DNA of 56,339 nucleotides, the filler included, from Perkinsus olseni (taxonomy: Eukaryota), in the NCBI GenBank assembly GCA_013115125.1. It is 7 parts of 7 records of this genome, joined end to end, with 100 filler letters (N's around TTAATTAATTAA, not from the genome) between each part and the next. Parts side by side here need not be neighbours in the genome. Positions count along the whole stretch, not along the records: positions 24,317 to 32,248 come from JABANN010000992.1; positions 32,349 to 40,279 come from JABANN010000993.1; 5 more parts are not named here. The stretch is one strand, 5' to 3'. A model generated the notes under the pieces. That model worked only from the letters and a program-made list of their open reading frames with translations, ran no database searches and was not told where the DNA came from. The translations under genes and the position numbers were made by a program. Shown here one piece after another: positions 24,317-36,100 of this stretch. How positions within the stretch are numbered: position 1 is the first letter of the stretch; every line of letters begins with the position of its first letter.

Positions 24317-24949
24317 CACGGAACTGCGCTTGCCTCAGGTTCCGGTGCTCGCACGCCCCACTCCCCCTCCCCACACTCAGAGGTTTCATAGCGAGGGCAA
24401 AGTGCTGCGAGATCGCGTACCGCTGGAGAGCGGTAACGGGATTCGTGAGCGAACTCTAGATATGTACAACAGACCACGAGATCCTATGAATTCACAAAGT
24501 GTCACACTGACACTTGAACGTTGGAACGTGTCTTGGTCGTTCACAGTGCGAGGGCCTTCGCCGACATCTACTAGTGTGGCCACGCAGTCGAGAGGACGAA
24601 GTCGATGGGACTCATATTATTATAGTATGAGAGTATCTATATTTCTGTAAAATTCCACGCTTCAAAATGTATATACCACGCAACTTTCGAATCCAAATGC
24701 TTTCTGTGAACAAAACACTCTTCGTTTTTTGGACATGCCTTATAAGCTTTGAAACTCCGTGGCTGGTTTAGATACGCCAGACTTGAGGCTACACCATTCT
24801 TATCTAGCATCGCTTGCTGAAAACACCGCCGATGGCGGGCCCCTGTCTTGAGCACAGCTTCAAGGCCTTGGGACAAGACACTGAATACAACACGGCGAGG
24901 ATGCAGAAACGTGAATTTCGTATTATCGGAAACATGGAAGAGATGCAAG

Positions 24950-27900
24950 ATCGTCATCGGGCCTTGGGGGGCTCTTCTCGCATCATCCCGCGTCGGGCAG
25001 CTTCCACCGAATCATCGTTGGGCAGGGAACTCATTAGGCTGTGTGTGATGTACCTGAGGCGATAGGCCTCTGCCAACCCACGAGACCTTATCCGAGCAGA
25101 GCTCTTCGGGAAAGTCTGCACGATACGAACAGGGCAAGTGGCTAAGGGGTGGCTATTGACGACTATTTCCCATCGCGATGCTGGGGCCCAGGGCCTAGGC
25201 CTTAGAGGAACACGAAGGCCTCTGTTACATGCAATGGCGGTGAGGCGGGAGGAGAGTTTGAAACCGTTAGGATCGAACCCTACTTCGCCCCTACGAACGT
25301 GCCTTCCTTGTAGGTCATGACCTTAGCCAACTGGGTTAAGGAGGCCACAACCTGAATGCAAAATAGGATGCCTGGCGTCGAGTTGTCAGTGCGGGGGAGT
25401 GCACCTGGGATCTCAGAGGCGATCCATAGGGCAGCTCGTCCAGGAGGGTGGAGCAAACTTCCACCAACCTCGCTCGGCAATCTCGACTTAGAGAACTTGG
25501 GGTGTTGGACGAAAGACAGATGAGTACGCATTGAACCTGCATGGACTACGAAGGACAGACTAAACCGTGCCATGACTTCAACGTATACCGGTGACTGTAG
25601 GAGTTTTGAAGGCCACTATTGTGGATTATTGCCGCGATGACAACAGCCGGCGGCGCCGTTTATGCGGAGAGACGTGGCGATTGTACCATGTACAGCACGT
25701 TGTATAAGAAAGGCTTTAATGGACTTACGAGCATCTTGGCCATCTCCGCGCTGACCCCTTTAGACACTATGACAGGATGAGTCTCCTTGATGACGTGCCT
25801 GTCGATTAGACCCTCAGAAGCTACTGCAAAATAGACCTACACTAGGGTGTTCACATGGGGGCGGGGTAGACCGGGCTGCTGCAGTCTTGCTAGAATGAGC
25901 TCGCAGTACGAGCTCACCGCCGAGGATGTATCTACGCAGAGGAGAGCTTTACTGTGTCCGGGATTCGAACCCGGGTCCTCATGGTGGATAAACCGGGAGA
26001 CCTACTCGGCAGCATGAGCTTAATATTGTTAGCAGCTTCTCTGAGTGTGAAATCGTCAAAGTCCTCGACCCTCGCGGTGCTCCTTATACGACGATTAAGG
26101 GATAGTAACTGAAGACACCACAGTGCGACACAAGCAGGGCTTGTCGCGTTCACCAGCGCGTCATGGCGTTTGAGCATCTCCAGGGCATTCTTCTCCTCCT
26201 CTGCAAGATAGTCGTCTCCCTTATCATTCTGTCGTCGTTGTTTCCGTTTCTTCAGGGCAGTAGCATAGGACGAGATGACCCCAGCACAGCGTAGCGATCG
26301 AAGCACCGACTGAGATCATGAGAGACACTTCGTCATTCGACCAGCTCTTCACAGCGTGGGTGCTAAGTCAAGCTCATTGACCACAATCTACAAGGCGCTT
26401 CAAATATAACGCCTCGGTCACGTTACCATGTGACGAGCTTCTCGACCGTCCGAGCCCTGCATCAAGCCTGTCCCCCAGGCGTCGTCATCGAGCTCCCGAT
26501 GGATGGTCGCCAGCTGTGGTCGGAGGTATCTCTCTACACATGCGGTGTATCTAAGATCGTGGGGCCTTGCCTATCATACCGAGGCCCGAGATGGCCCACC
26601 TAGAGTTCCGCAGGGAGACCTTATGCAAGACAGGAATGATGGTGTGCATGAACTCCGTGGCAGTGGATAGACGACCAGCCTGATGAGGAAGGTGACCCTG
26701 GGACTATCTCCCTCGAGGGGGGGAGCTCACAGATGGATCTCCCTCGAGAACAGTGTCGTCCACAAAGTCCAGCATGAGCTGTATCGTGTCGCACAGTTTC
26801 AGAGGCACGTAGACGTAACTGTGGTCAACAGAGGACAGCGATGGAGGGGGCGAACGGGGGCAAGCCTGCCATGTGCATTGCATAGCACAACGTACTCATA
26901 CTTCCCCTATAGATATATACACGAATCGTATTACTTAGGCTTAGTCGGGCTATGGTAATACTACAGCATCCATATCACTAAGGTCTACCTAGAAGCCATA
27001 ATTGCAGAGATTGATATTGTGCAACCTAGCTATGAATAATCCATCGCAGTCTCCTCCTCTGCAACCCTCAGGACACCATATGCCAACGAAAGCTCATGAG
27101 CCTACTCGCCATCCCCAGTCTCCATGGTATCATCCTTCGGGCGACGATCGGACTTCCCCGCTGTGTCCAACTTGGACTCCAACATCACTAGGGATGAGGC
27201 TAGATTGATGAATGACCTGCCATGAACATCGACCGACCTACCGGCATCCCGACGGTCTCCTCATGTCGAACGGCACGCGCCGTGTATCCGAACTATCACG
27301 GCACGCAAGCTCGAGCCGCTCACCGAGGATGGATGCGACCCAGTAGACGCTTCACAGCTTCCAGCGTTATTTGAAGGCCCGATAGAAGCGCCAGGGAACC
27401 TGATGGGAAGGAAACCTGCAGGACTGGAACTATCAAGTACACACTGGGATGCTCCCCAGAAGGCAACCATCCGAGCTCAAGTTGGAGGCTTGATGAGCAG
27501 CACAGGTCGATTGATAGGCGCTAAGCACTTCTACTACGAGTAGTGTACGCTACTGACATGAAGCACTAGAGGCCTACCCATCTTCTTGTCGTAGATCTCC
27601 TCAAACCACAACTCATTAGACTTCTGGCACCACAGGAGAAGATCGCTGACGGAGGCATTCCCATCCTTGAGATCACGCTCGAGTAGCAGGTGGAGGGCCT
27701 GGTAATAGGTCTTGCTGCACGGGTCACTCGCGGGGTTATCGATGCCTTTATGATCTGACCAGTACCAGACAAAGCTTGAAAGCGGCCATTATAGTTCCGA
27801 AAAGGACGGCGTAACGATAGTTTCTGATGAGGATTATTGAAAACGTCTAATGATGGCATTAATGACTGCCACACCGCTACTACTGATCGTTCTGATACCA

Positions 27901-28700
27901 ACTTTCCAGAGATTCACAGGGAGCACTATGGAGGGAACAGAACGACCGGAGTGCCGCATCGGCTCCGGCTCACCTATTCGCTTGAGTATCTCTGGGACTA
28001 GCTTGAGCTCGTGGATGGACGCTGGTTCGTGCCGCCTTATCCGTCTCTCGCCATTGCCAAACTCCTGAGCCTCTAGGTCTGATCGTGAAGGAGGGTAATG
28101 AAGACCCATTACAGAACGCTAAGGATCGCTCTCGGGACTACTATGACCACGACCACGGCATTCCCCATGGGCTCCCCACCCTACCGTCTTCGTCGGCTGT
28201 TTCCTCCGATCGATTCACGGCCCGCCTCATCATTCTGAACATTTTACCGCGCGTCTCTATCGTCAATGGCGTCACACGAGAGGCTGCTGGTGAGGAGGCA
28301 AGCAAGCAGCCGTGAATCTGAAAGGAGGGTATCCCCACCAGTGCTGCGCGCAGTGGTAGCTCATCACCAACACGACAGGACTGAGGCCGGCAAATCGACG
28401 ACCCTGGCCAGCCTCCTCGAAGAAGGTGGCGCTGATTCGACCGGCGAGGGCACAGGCTGCATTGCCCTCCGAAGGCTCCTTCTTCATTCGAGCGATCAGT
28501 GATGCTGAGGGTCAGATCGAGTGTCATGGGAGTCCGGGGCCTGGACCATACTCACCGGCCAGTCTCCCCATTTGTATTTGGCAGTGCAGAGGCATCCGAA
28601 TGAGGCGATTGGTCCCCTCCTGGATGAAGAGTTCTCTGTAGTAGCGCCGACTATGGCCACCTAGTGCCTGGGGTCAGGAGCGATCACATAAACAAGAAAT
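24950..28700 (-). mobile_element. Heavily degraded retroelement-like sequence; boundaries uncertain
   Basis: Stop-riddled coding-like DNA with no convincing host gene; RT-like MLDFVDDTVLEG, with FVDD at 26755-26766. Confidence 0.3.
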
Positions 28701-28721
28701 ATACCCGAATTGTATACAAGT

Positions 28722-29802
28722 TCAATCAGCAACAGAAATTAGACTGAGACCCGAATCCACCACCGAAGGGAAATGTTCACGGGAAATTTCTCGCGCTGAA
28801 AAAAGCGCTACAAGTAGCAGCGCACTGTGTCCCATTACTGAATAGAGCGTGCGAATGTCCAGCCTGGGATTTATTACCCCGGCATACACCATCGCTGCAA
28901 AGACGTCTCTGAAGCCTTCATCAGTTACATCAATTAATCGGGATGATACTCGCCCCAGCATCTCCTCAGAAACACGCAGGCATTCCCGCCTGAGAAGAGA
29001 AGTAACAGCCCAATCGACAAAATGGTCTTCATTAATTCTCAGCTCACTGCGGCTCCTATTCCCCGCCCTGCGATATAATTGGCACTCATAGAGCTTACTG
29101 CGAACTCCCCAGTATGGAATCCCCTAGAAAAAGTCCATGATTAGTACTGACTGAGTACGCCCTAATAGACGTGTGGCGTCGTGACAGTCCGCACACATCT
29201 TCCTATACGTAGCACCCCCTCGTCGGAAACATACCACCGCTCAGTCGGAGAGAAGGTGAAGTGAAATTGATATTACCGCTGTCTCGCCAGGACGCCGAAT
29301 ATGTCCGACATTTGCTGCGCTGGGATCGTCCCCGCCTCGCACATTCTCCTAACCTCCTCTGCGATCCTCGTCGCCACCGGCTTCTCCAGCTCACGCATCT
29401 GAGCGTCGGAGGAAAGTCATGCTATACTCTACGCGATGGAATGGCTATGGAAGCACGTGGATGCCAATGCCGTTGTGAAGGGAACACAGTGACAAACAAA
29501 CGGCAAGCCTGTCGTACTCGAGATGGCGTGATATTCTTACAATCACCAAAAAACTCGATGACTGATACGTCACACATCCCTACCGACTTTCCTGAGATCA
29601 ACTTGCACAGTCTCGAAACCCCCATTACTACCAAATCCTCATTCTCAGTGACCAGCACAGCCAAGGCCATCGGCCCTTCCCTAATAGCCTCCTCTACCAG
29701 CTGCATGGACTGTGTCAGCGACCTTGCCAACAGCCTCGGCACTGTCGTCTGGGCTGCTGTGCGGAAGGAAGAGGTGCTCAGGGTGAGCAAGTATCTTTGC
29801 AT
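28722..29802 (-). CDS. Hypothetical multi-exon protein; boundaries uncertain
   Basis: Helical-looking exon fragments (SMQLVEEAIREGPMAL, ATRIAEEVRRMCEAG, FRDVFAAMVYAGVINPRLD) separated by short introns. Confidence 0.35.
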
Positions 29803-30361
29803 TCAATTCAACTGGGCTGATAATGGTAGCGCCACGAGAGCGCCTCCACACGGAATTTCGCCCGATACTACTGTGAAGAGAATAGACTTCGACCTAGCTG
29901 GTGACAGTACACTTAGAATACACTCCTGTACATCACGACCATACGCGTCAGACAGGTGCGAGAGAATTTGTAAAGGAAACAAGACGACTAACGGCGCTTC
30001 TCAACTAGTGGCGTAGACCATCTCGAAGCACGCGGGACTTCCATAAGAGAGACTGTGATCACTCTGAGGTAAGACCGGCCCCCCTCCCCTGGGTACAGCC
30101 ACATAGTCTGGAAGAGCGGGGTCTACCGACTGAAGTTCGGCGAGGATTGGTATGAAATGTTGCACTCATAAGTTATAAGCATGTTCATCCACACGTATTG
30201 AAGACTGAACGCAAGGCGAACTTCTTTAAGAAGGAATCACAACTGCTTAAGAAATTATTAAGCGCGCAATTGCTTAACGCCCTCGGCGCCGAAAACGGCA
30301 TCATCCGGAAGCTCCTGAAAAAGATCAAAAATCACGTACCACAAAGTCTCTTACTGGGAAA

Positions 30362-31309
30362 TCAATCCCTCACTACTAGCTCCACCGAGCCCCTGGGAAC
30401 TAAGTCCGTGGCAACCCACATGGACCGTATAAATGGTCGAATTGAAGACTACCACAAGAAAGATAACGATCCCAAACACGTTACCTGGAAGTACTGCAGT
30501 CTGTGGAAGTCCGGTCCAGCCTTCTCGTCGGTGTCTGTGTCAGGGAAAGCCGCATAATACCTTCGGTTGTCTCCTTGGCCGTGTATGTGATAACTGTACG
30601 AGTACGATCACTACAAAGCTGCGTAGCGCTCCTGTAGGCCTACCAGTTGAAACTAAACATGGATTTCGAGTCGCCCATCGGAGCCGGCAGGAACTTTTTG
30701 GGTAGCCGCAAAGTTGAGGTCCAGTGCCCATCTGAGCGAATGAAGGTATCACCATCACCCGGGAAGAGGGCGAGGGGGCTCTCCCTAGTATTACCGGCGA
30801 TATCAGTTGAGGGTGGGGTGGGCAGACAGACATCATCATTAGTAGCCTTCCGAGGGGCCTCGAATGTTAGAATGAGGAAGTTACCGAATGGCGAGAGTTC
30901 AACCTGCGGGAAGAGCACTCTGAGAGACTCCCGGTCGATACACTGGTCATCCAGTGGTATGAAAAGACTAAGAAGAAACTGTCGTTATCGCTCCATTACC
31001 TCTGTATAATGACTGCCCTTGCCTTCTATGAAGATCTCGGCAACCTCGTAGTTCCACAGCTCATAAGTACCGTATCCAGTCTCACCCTTTGACGGTGGGA
31101 TAGGGCAATCATTGAAGAACGGAGCTTGGACCTGAGAACTCACAGAAACTTCCCGGATCGGGTCTTGAGACTGCTCAGCTGACCTTAATGATGAGCTCTT
31201 CTTTGGCACTATCGTACTCCAGAGTAAAAGTCACTGGTTTCTGATTTCCTTGCAGGTCGTCCCGTTGCTTGCCGTTCCACGTATAATCGACAGTTTGGGT
31301 GAACACCAT
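30362..31309 (-). CDS. UPF0462 / C4orf33 homologue, multi-exon
   Basis: TWNG, VQAPFFND, ELWNYEVAEIF, YTEVELSPFG and PDFHRLQYFQ match C4orf33 motifs (TWDG, APFF.D, ELWDYEVVE, YLEVELCPHG, PDFH.LEYF) in the same order. Confidence 0.85.
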
Positions 31310-31895
31310 TTTATCAGAATAGAAAATTACTACGCGATGGCCTCGACAGCGATTGCGCTGCTACTAACTAGAGCACGAAGACGTGATAATTAAGTCATGT
31401 ATTGCTTGTTATTAAGGAACATTTCAATCTGCGCTGCTACTAGCGATATGATTATAAGACTCTTCTCTGCGTTAACCTCTGTCCGATTGTGCAAGTTGCA
31501 CAGTGTAACAGAGCATTTTGTGGGAGAGGCCGAGTTGGCCGGGAACATGTTCAACCCAATGTGATGTGATGCTTCGGGAATTGCCAAGATCGTGCCCCCT
31601 CAGCTTGCGGGTACAACAACAGCGCAGTACCAAATGGGTGGTTCGAAGTCATGCGAATCAGTGATGGAGCAGCTGACTGTAGATCACTGATCTGAGATCA
31701 GCGGCAACTTGGGCCAAGTCACTCTGTTCGAGCAGAACCTGGCCGTTGTAGGCTCGTCGAGTCCCTTTCCAAAGGTAGGAGAGTTGGTCGAACGGTGCCT
31801 GCATGCACAGGGGCCTATTTCAAAACGAAGAACGTGAACCCGGCACTAAAACCGTGAACTGAGAACTACATGCACGTAAATAAATGCAGAGAAAC

Positions 31896-31966
31896 GAAAT
31901 ACGAAGATTCGATCCGGGGACCTCTCGGATGTTGGCCAGAGATTTTACTACCACACCAGATTTTCC
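31896..31966 (-). pseudogene. Degenerate tRNA-Val(AAC)-like sequence (pseudogene or SINE head)
   Basis: GGAAAATCTGGTGTGGTAGT...CCAACATCCGAGAGGTCCCCGGATCGAATC: A-box-like and B-box-like motifs, AAC at the anticodon position, broken stems. Confidence 0.55.
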
Positions 31967-32248
31967 GAGCGCGCCGCGTTGAGCCGATGCTAGGGTAGCT
32001 TCGACTATCAGGTACAGACCGTACCGTAAGCTCCAATCTAAGTACCTAAGGTCTGCTTTGCGGGCTGCAATTTTCGACGGAGCCGACGGATTACCACTCG
32101 GCGGAGCACGCCTATAAGGATGGGAGTAGAGACCGATAGTAGCAGGAGCGGACGGAGTCGGTTCAAGTTCGGGTGTGCACACCACCAACCACTAGAAGCC
32201 ACTATGCAAGACTCCAAGACTGCAAGCCTGCTGCGCCCTGTCTATTGT

Positions 32249-32348
32249 NNNNNNNNNNNNNNNNNNNNNNNNNNNNNNNNNNNNNNNNNNNNTTAATTAA
32301 TTAANNNNNNNNNNNNNNNNNNNNNNNNNNNNNNNNNNNNNNNNNNNN
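32249..32348. other. Artificial contig-joining linker
   Basis: N44-TTAATTAATTAA-N44. Confidence 0.97.
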
Positions 32349-33121
32349 CCGTAGAACCGCGGCCGTATCACGTAAATCGCCAAGTTGTTTAAATTTTGTA
32401 GAAACAAGGAATCGCCGAAGTCGGTGAGTTGGCGAAACCTGGTGCTCCGGTCGCGCACGCCACATTTTTTCTCATTGTTGCGGCCTTACGTCATTGGTAC
32501 TGGTTTGGGCGATAGCTGTACATCCGGTTTGGGACTTGATGCCTTCACCACCCCCTTCTCCTCCTGGAGGCCCTCGGCTGAAGGTCAATGGAGCTCCGCC
32601 ACCGCCAACAGGTCCTGTACCTCGGCGCAGTGAAGAGGAGTGTAAGGCAGGCGCCTCCTCTCCGAGGTAGTAAGGGTTCGGTGTTCGTGCACAGGATGGT
32701 TTCCCTAGTTGGGAAGGATCACGCGATAGAATCTTCCGCGCAGGACTCGCGATAAGGAGCGGCAGAAAATTCGATTTAATTCTCCCGTCGTCTATCTCCT
32801 GTCGTTGGACCTTGTAATGAGTGCTCACTGATCGCGTTAGTGTTTTTCCTGGGATCATCGGATTTTTTGGGGGACCTTGTCGAGTTTCAACGTTCTGTTG
32901 TAAGCTAGGGTTTCATGCAAATCAGCGTGAGAGGCGAGAATCGCGCGTAGCAACCAGCACGCTTACTAGAACGGCGGACACTCATTCGAAGTCCGTGGCG
33001 GAGCTTCTGCGATTGTATCGTCTTCACATGGGCTTCGGTGATCATCAGGTCACCTCGTGGATCTAGCAGCCCCGGCTCAGCTCCACGGCTAGAGAATCTG
33101 GTACCTCTCGAAGTGTCGAGA

Positions 33122-36100
33122 ATGGTCGAGATTAACCCTGATGTTATTGGGAGGCCGGAGAGACGCGCGAAAGTGAGAATGTTTAGTTTCCTACTTACCA
33201 CGTGCATGGTATGTTCGACAGATATATAGCTTGGATGTAGGGGGAAAGTGGGTCGACAGAGGGACAGGTTTTGTTGATGTCGTTGTTGCTGAGGGGAGCA
33301 GCACCGGTCTCGAGGACGGAGCTACGAGTGCATGGATCGTGGTATTGCTGATCGCATCATGGATGGCTACCCAGCGTATGGTGTCTCAGGTGGCTCCTGA
33401 GCAGCGACGGAAAAGATCTGGGTCGGATAGTGACGAACCTGCGGAGAATGGCAACAGTACAAAAGAAAAGTTGATCCTGCAATCATGTATACAACCGAGG
33501 GATTGTTATAGTAGACATACTCCATCGATATTGATATGGACGGAAAACGACCAGAGACAGGTAGTAAGAAGCGGGTTGATGATCGATGATCGGTTTGTGA
33601 GGGGTTTCTCATTATCCGTTCACGTGCCGCAGCGAAGTTCTGTGAGTCGCGAGGTCTCCATACTGGTGTCGACGGGACCGAGCCATTCGCAGGGCGATTT
33701 TCTTGGGCTCTGGAATCCCGATGAAGAGCAAGTGGTGGAACCTGGATTTGTCTTCGGCGTCTCAATCGCTAACACCCAGAAATAAGCGAATCCGTGTTGA
33801 AAGCAGGGGCTCCGCGATTATTGAGGGGGGTTAGACGCTATATTAGGAACCCGCACGCGCTGTATTGTGTGAGAAACGAGTTGCGTATTGGCAACCCAGC
33901 ATCTGAAACTAATTTTGATCAGTGAAACAAGGATGCGGTTGCGACCTTGAGTCGTCAGTTTTTGCGCATCTGATCGTACTGTGGGTTACGAGAGTTTCTT
34001 GACTTTTTCAACACGTCATCCGCTCAGACTGACGTGGCAATCAGCTTCCAGGACCGAGCAGGGGCTATCCAAATATGGAACATGATACAGGAAGTTAACA
34101 AGAACGTAATTCGCCTTTGCCGCCCAGGATCGGTCTGTGTGTCCTTCGTGCCGTGGAACATGAAGTGTTTCATCAGATGTTGGGTGGTTCGCCAAGGTCT
34201 AGTGGGAGCATCTCGCCGACGAGTTCACCTCGAGGAGCTCCAAAGGAGCGATCTCTCTCGGCAGACAGTGGTAGAAGCAGTCGCACCGCATCTTGGGCTA
34301 CGCCTGAGGACGAAGTTAGCAATGGTAATATCACTAAGTATGAGCGAAAAGCATCGCCGCGCACTCCTCAGGTACAGTAGGTTCTCATGCGCCCCTCATT
34401 CCCTACCCAACCGTCAGTAATCTTGTCGATGTGGCAATGTCGTTAAAGGAGGCCGGTAATAGGGGTTAACATCAATATGAAAATGGCGCGGACGCGCAGC
34501 TAACGTCTTTCATACACGCTTCTAGCGTGATCGGTACGGTCGGGACGTGTGGTGTAACGAGTGGGCGGCGCGGCAGGAAAGTCGTTGTATTGCGCTTCAA
34601 CCAGATGGCCATATCCTTTCGATCGAGCGATAATCAAAACAGCCGTCTTCGACCAGCTGTGGTATGGGATGATCTCCTTCACGGTGTTATACACAGTTCT
34701 CGGAATACATTTGTCGCTGCGTGTTAGGCGAGAAGTTTCCCATCACATACCACCGCCGAGTTGTTGACGAGGTAATAGCCGTCATCCCTGAGCGTTCGGT
34801 TGGTACTGCCGCTTTTAGGTCACATCACCAGAATGGAAGTCAAGCCTTCGAAAGGCGTTTCATGAAGCGGAATCCGCTGGAAATGAGACTGCCTGTGCGG
34901 AAACAGCCGCTGTGGTAAGTGTGGGTTCATATTAGACCGCTGACGGCCTTGATTGTGGTTTATTGGGAATGACAAATTAACACTCATAGTACGTTGGCAT
35001 TGATCGCCACTGCAACCTCGGTAACACTGTTGACACTCGTGAATTATCGGACAGTAATGCAGGTAGCCAGTCAGTAGGGTCGCTGCCAGTCTCTTCTTCA
35101 AATGTGCATGAGTTTACCCGTTTCTCAGGTCCGAGCGTTAATCGGGCAAAATGAACCGGATGTGCTATATAGTCTCATTCAAACTGAGGATATTTATATG
35201 GACGTCCTTGGCATGCTGGAGCATGATGGTATACCGTAGCCTTACGACGCAGTTGTTCTGCGACGCCTTCTTCTCAGCTACTTACCGCCAAGCGAAGCAC
35301 AGATCGTTCGTCAGCCAGTACCATCCGCCATCTAATCGGGTGTGCTTTCCTCCAACTATCCTTGACTGCGTCCATCTCAACTACCGAGTGGGATATCTGA
35401 GGGACTCTGTCTTGGCTGCCTTGATTGATGAGCAGTCCTTCACGACCTTTGCATCATTACAGTAGGTCGAAGATGGCTCACGAGTGATGTATTCGCTGAA
35501 CGCCCCTCGTCGCAAAAATATTTAGATTCTTGAGCAGTGTGTAAGTTGATACATGCACTGTTTGGCTGGTGCCTAATGCGTGGCTTTCTGTCGCAAGAGT
35601 TTCAATATTCTGCATTTTCAGCGCTCGATGAGCGGATTTAAGGGGTTCAAGAAGCGCGCAAAAATGGTTTTTCTCGTGTTTTAATGCGTAAAAGTGGTTG
35701 CGAAAAGTTGGTCAGGTTACGATCGTTTCATGGCGCGCACAATAGCTACGGATCATCGTTGTAGACTGCGGAGAACGCGCTCATAGTATAATTTCCGGGA
35801 GTGATATCTCATAGAGTTCTTGGAATGAAGTTCTCGATCTTGGTGTGGTATGCCAGCATCTTGATGTGAAGAGCGCCTCAGGTACACCAATAGTTTGACC
35901 ATTCTGGACTACATCTGCAAGAACTACAATACCATCTTTTCTAATCTCCTCCCGAAGACGGATGAGCGGAAACAAGATGAGAAGCAGTGGAGAGAGGACA
36001 GAAATAATGGCATCAAATTTGTACTATCACAGTGACGATTCTACGCGCAATACATCGTTGGTTCGTTGTAGGTACTCGAAGTACTAACGATGTGCCGGTT

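Noticed and set aside
29261-30016. 251-aa plus-strand ORF
   Set aside because: No motifs, and antisense to a more plausible spliced minus-strand gene.
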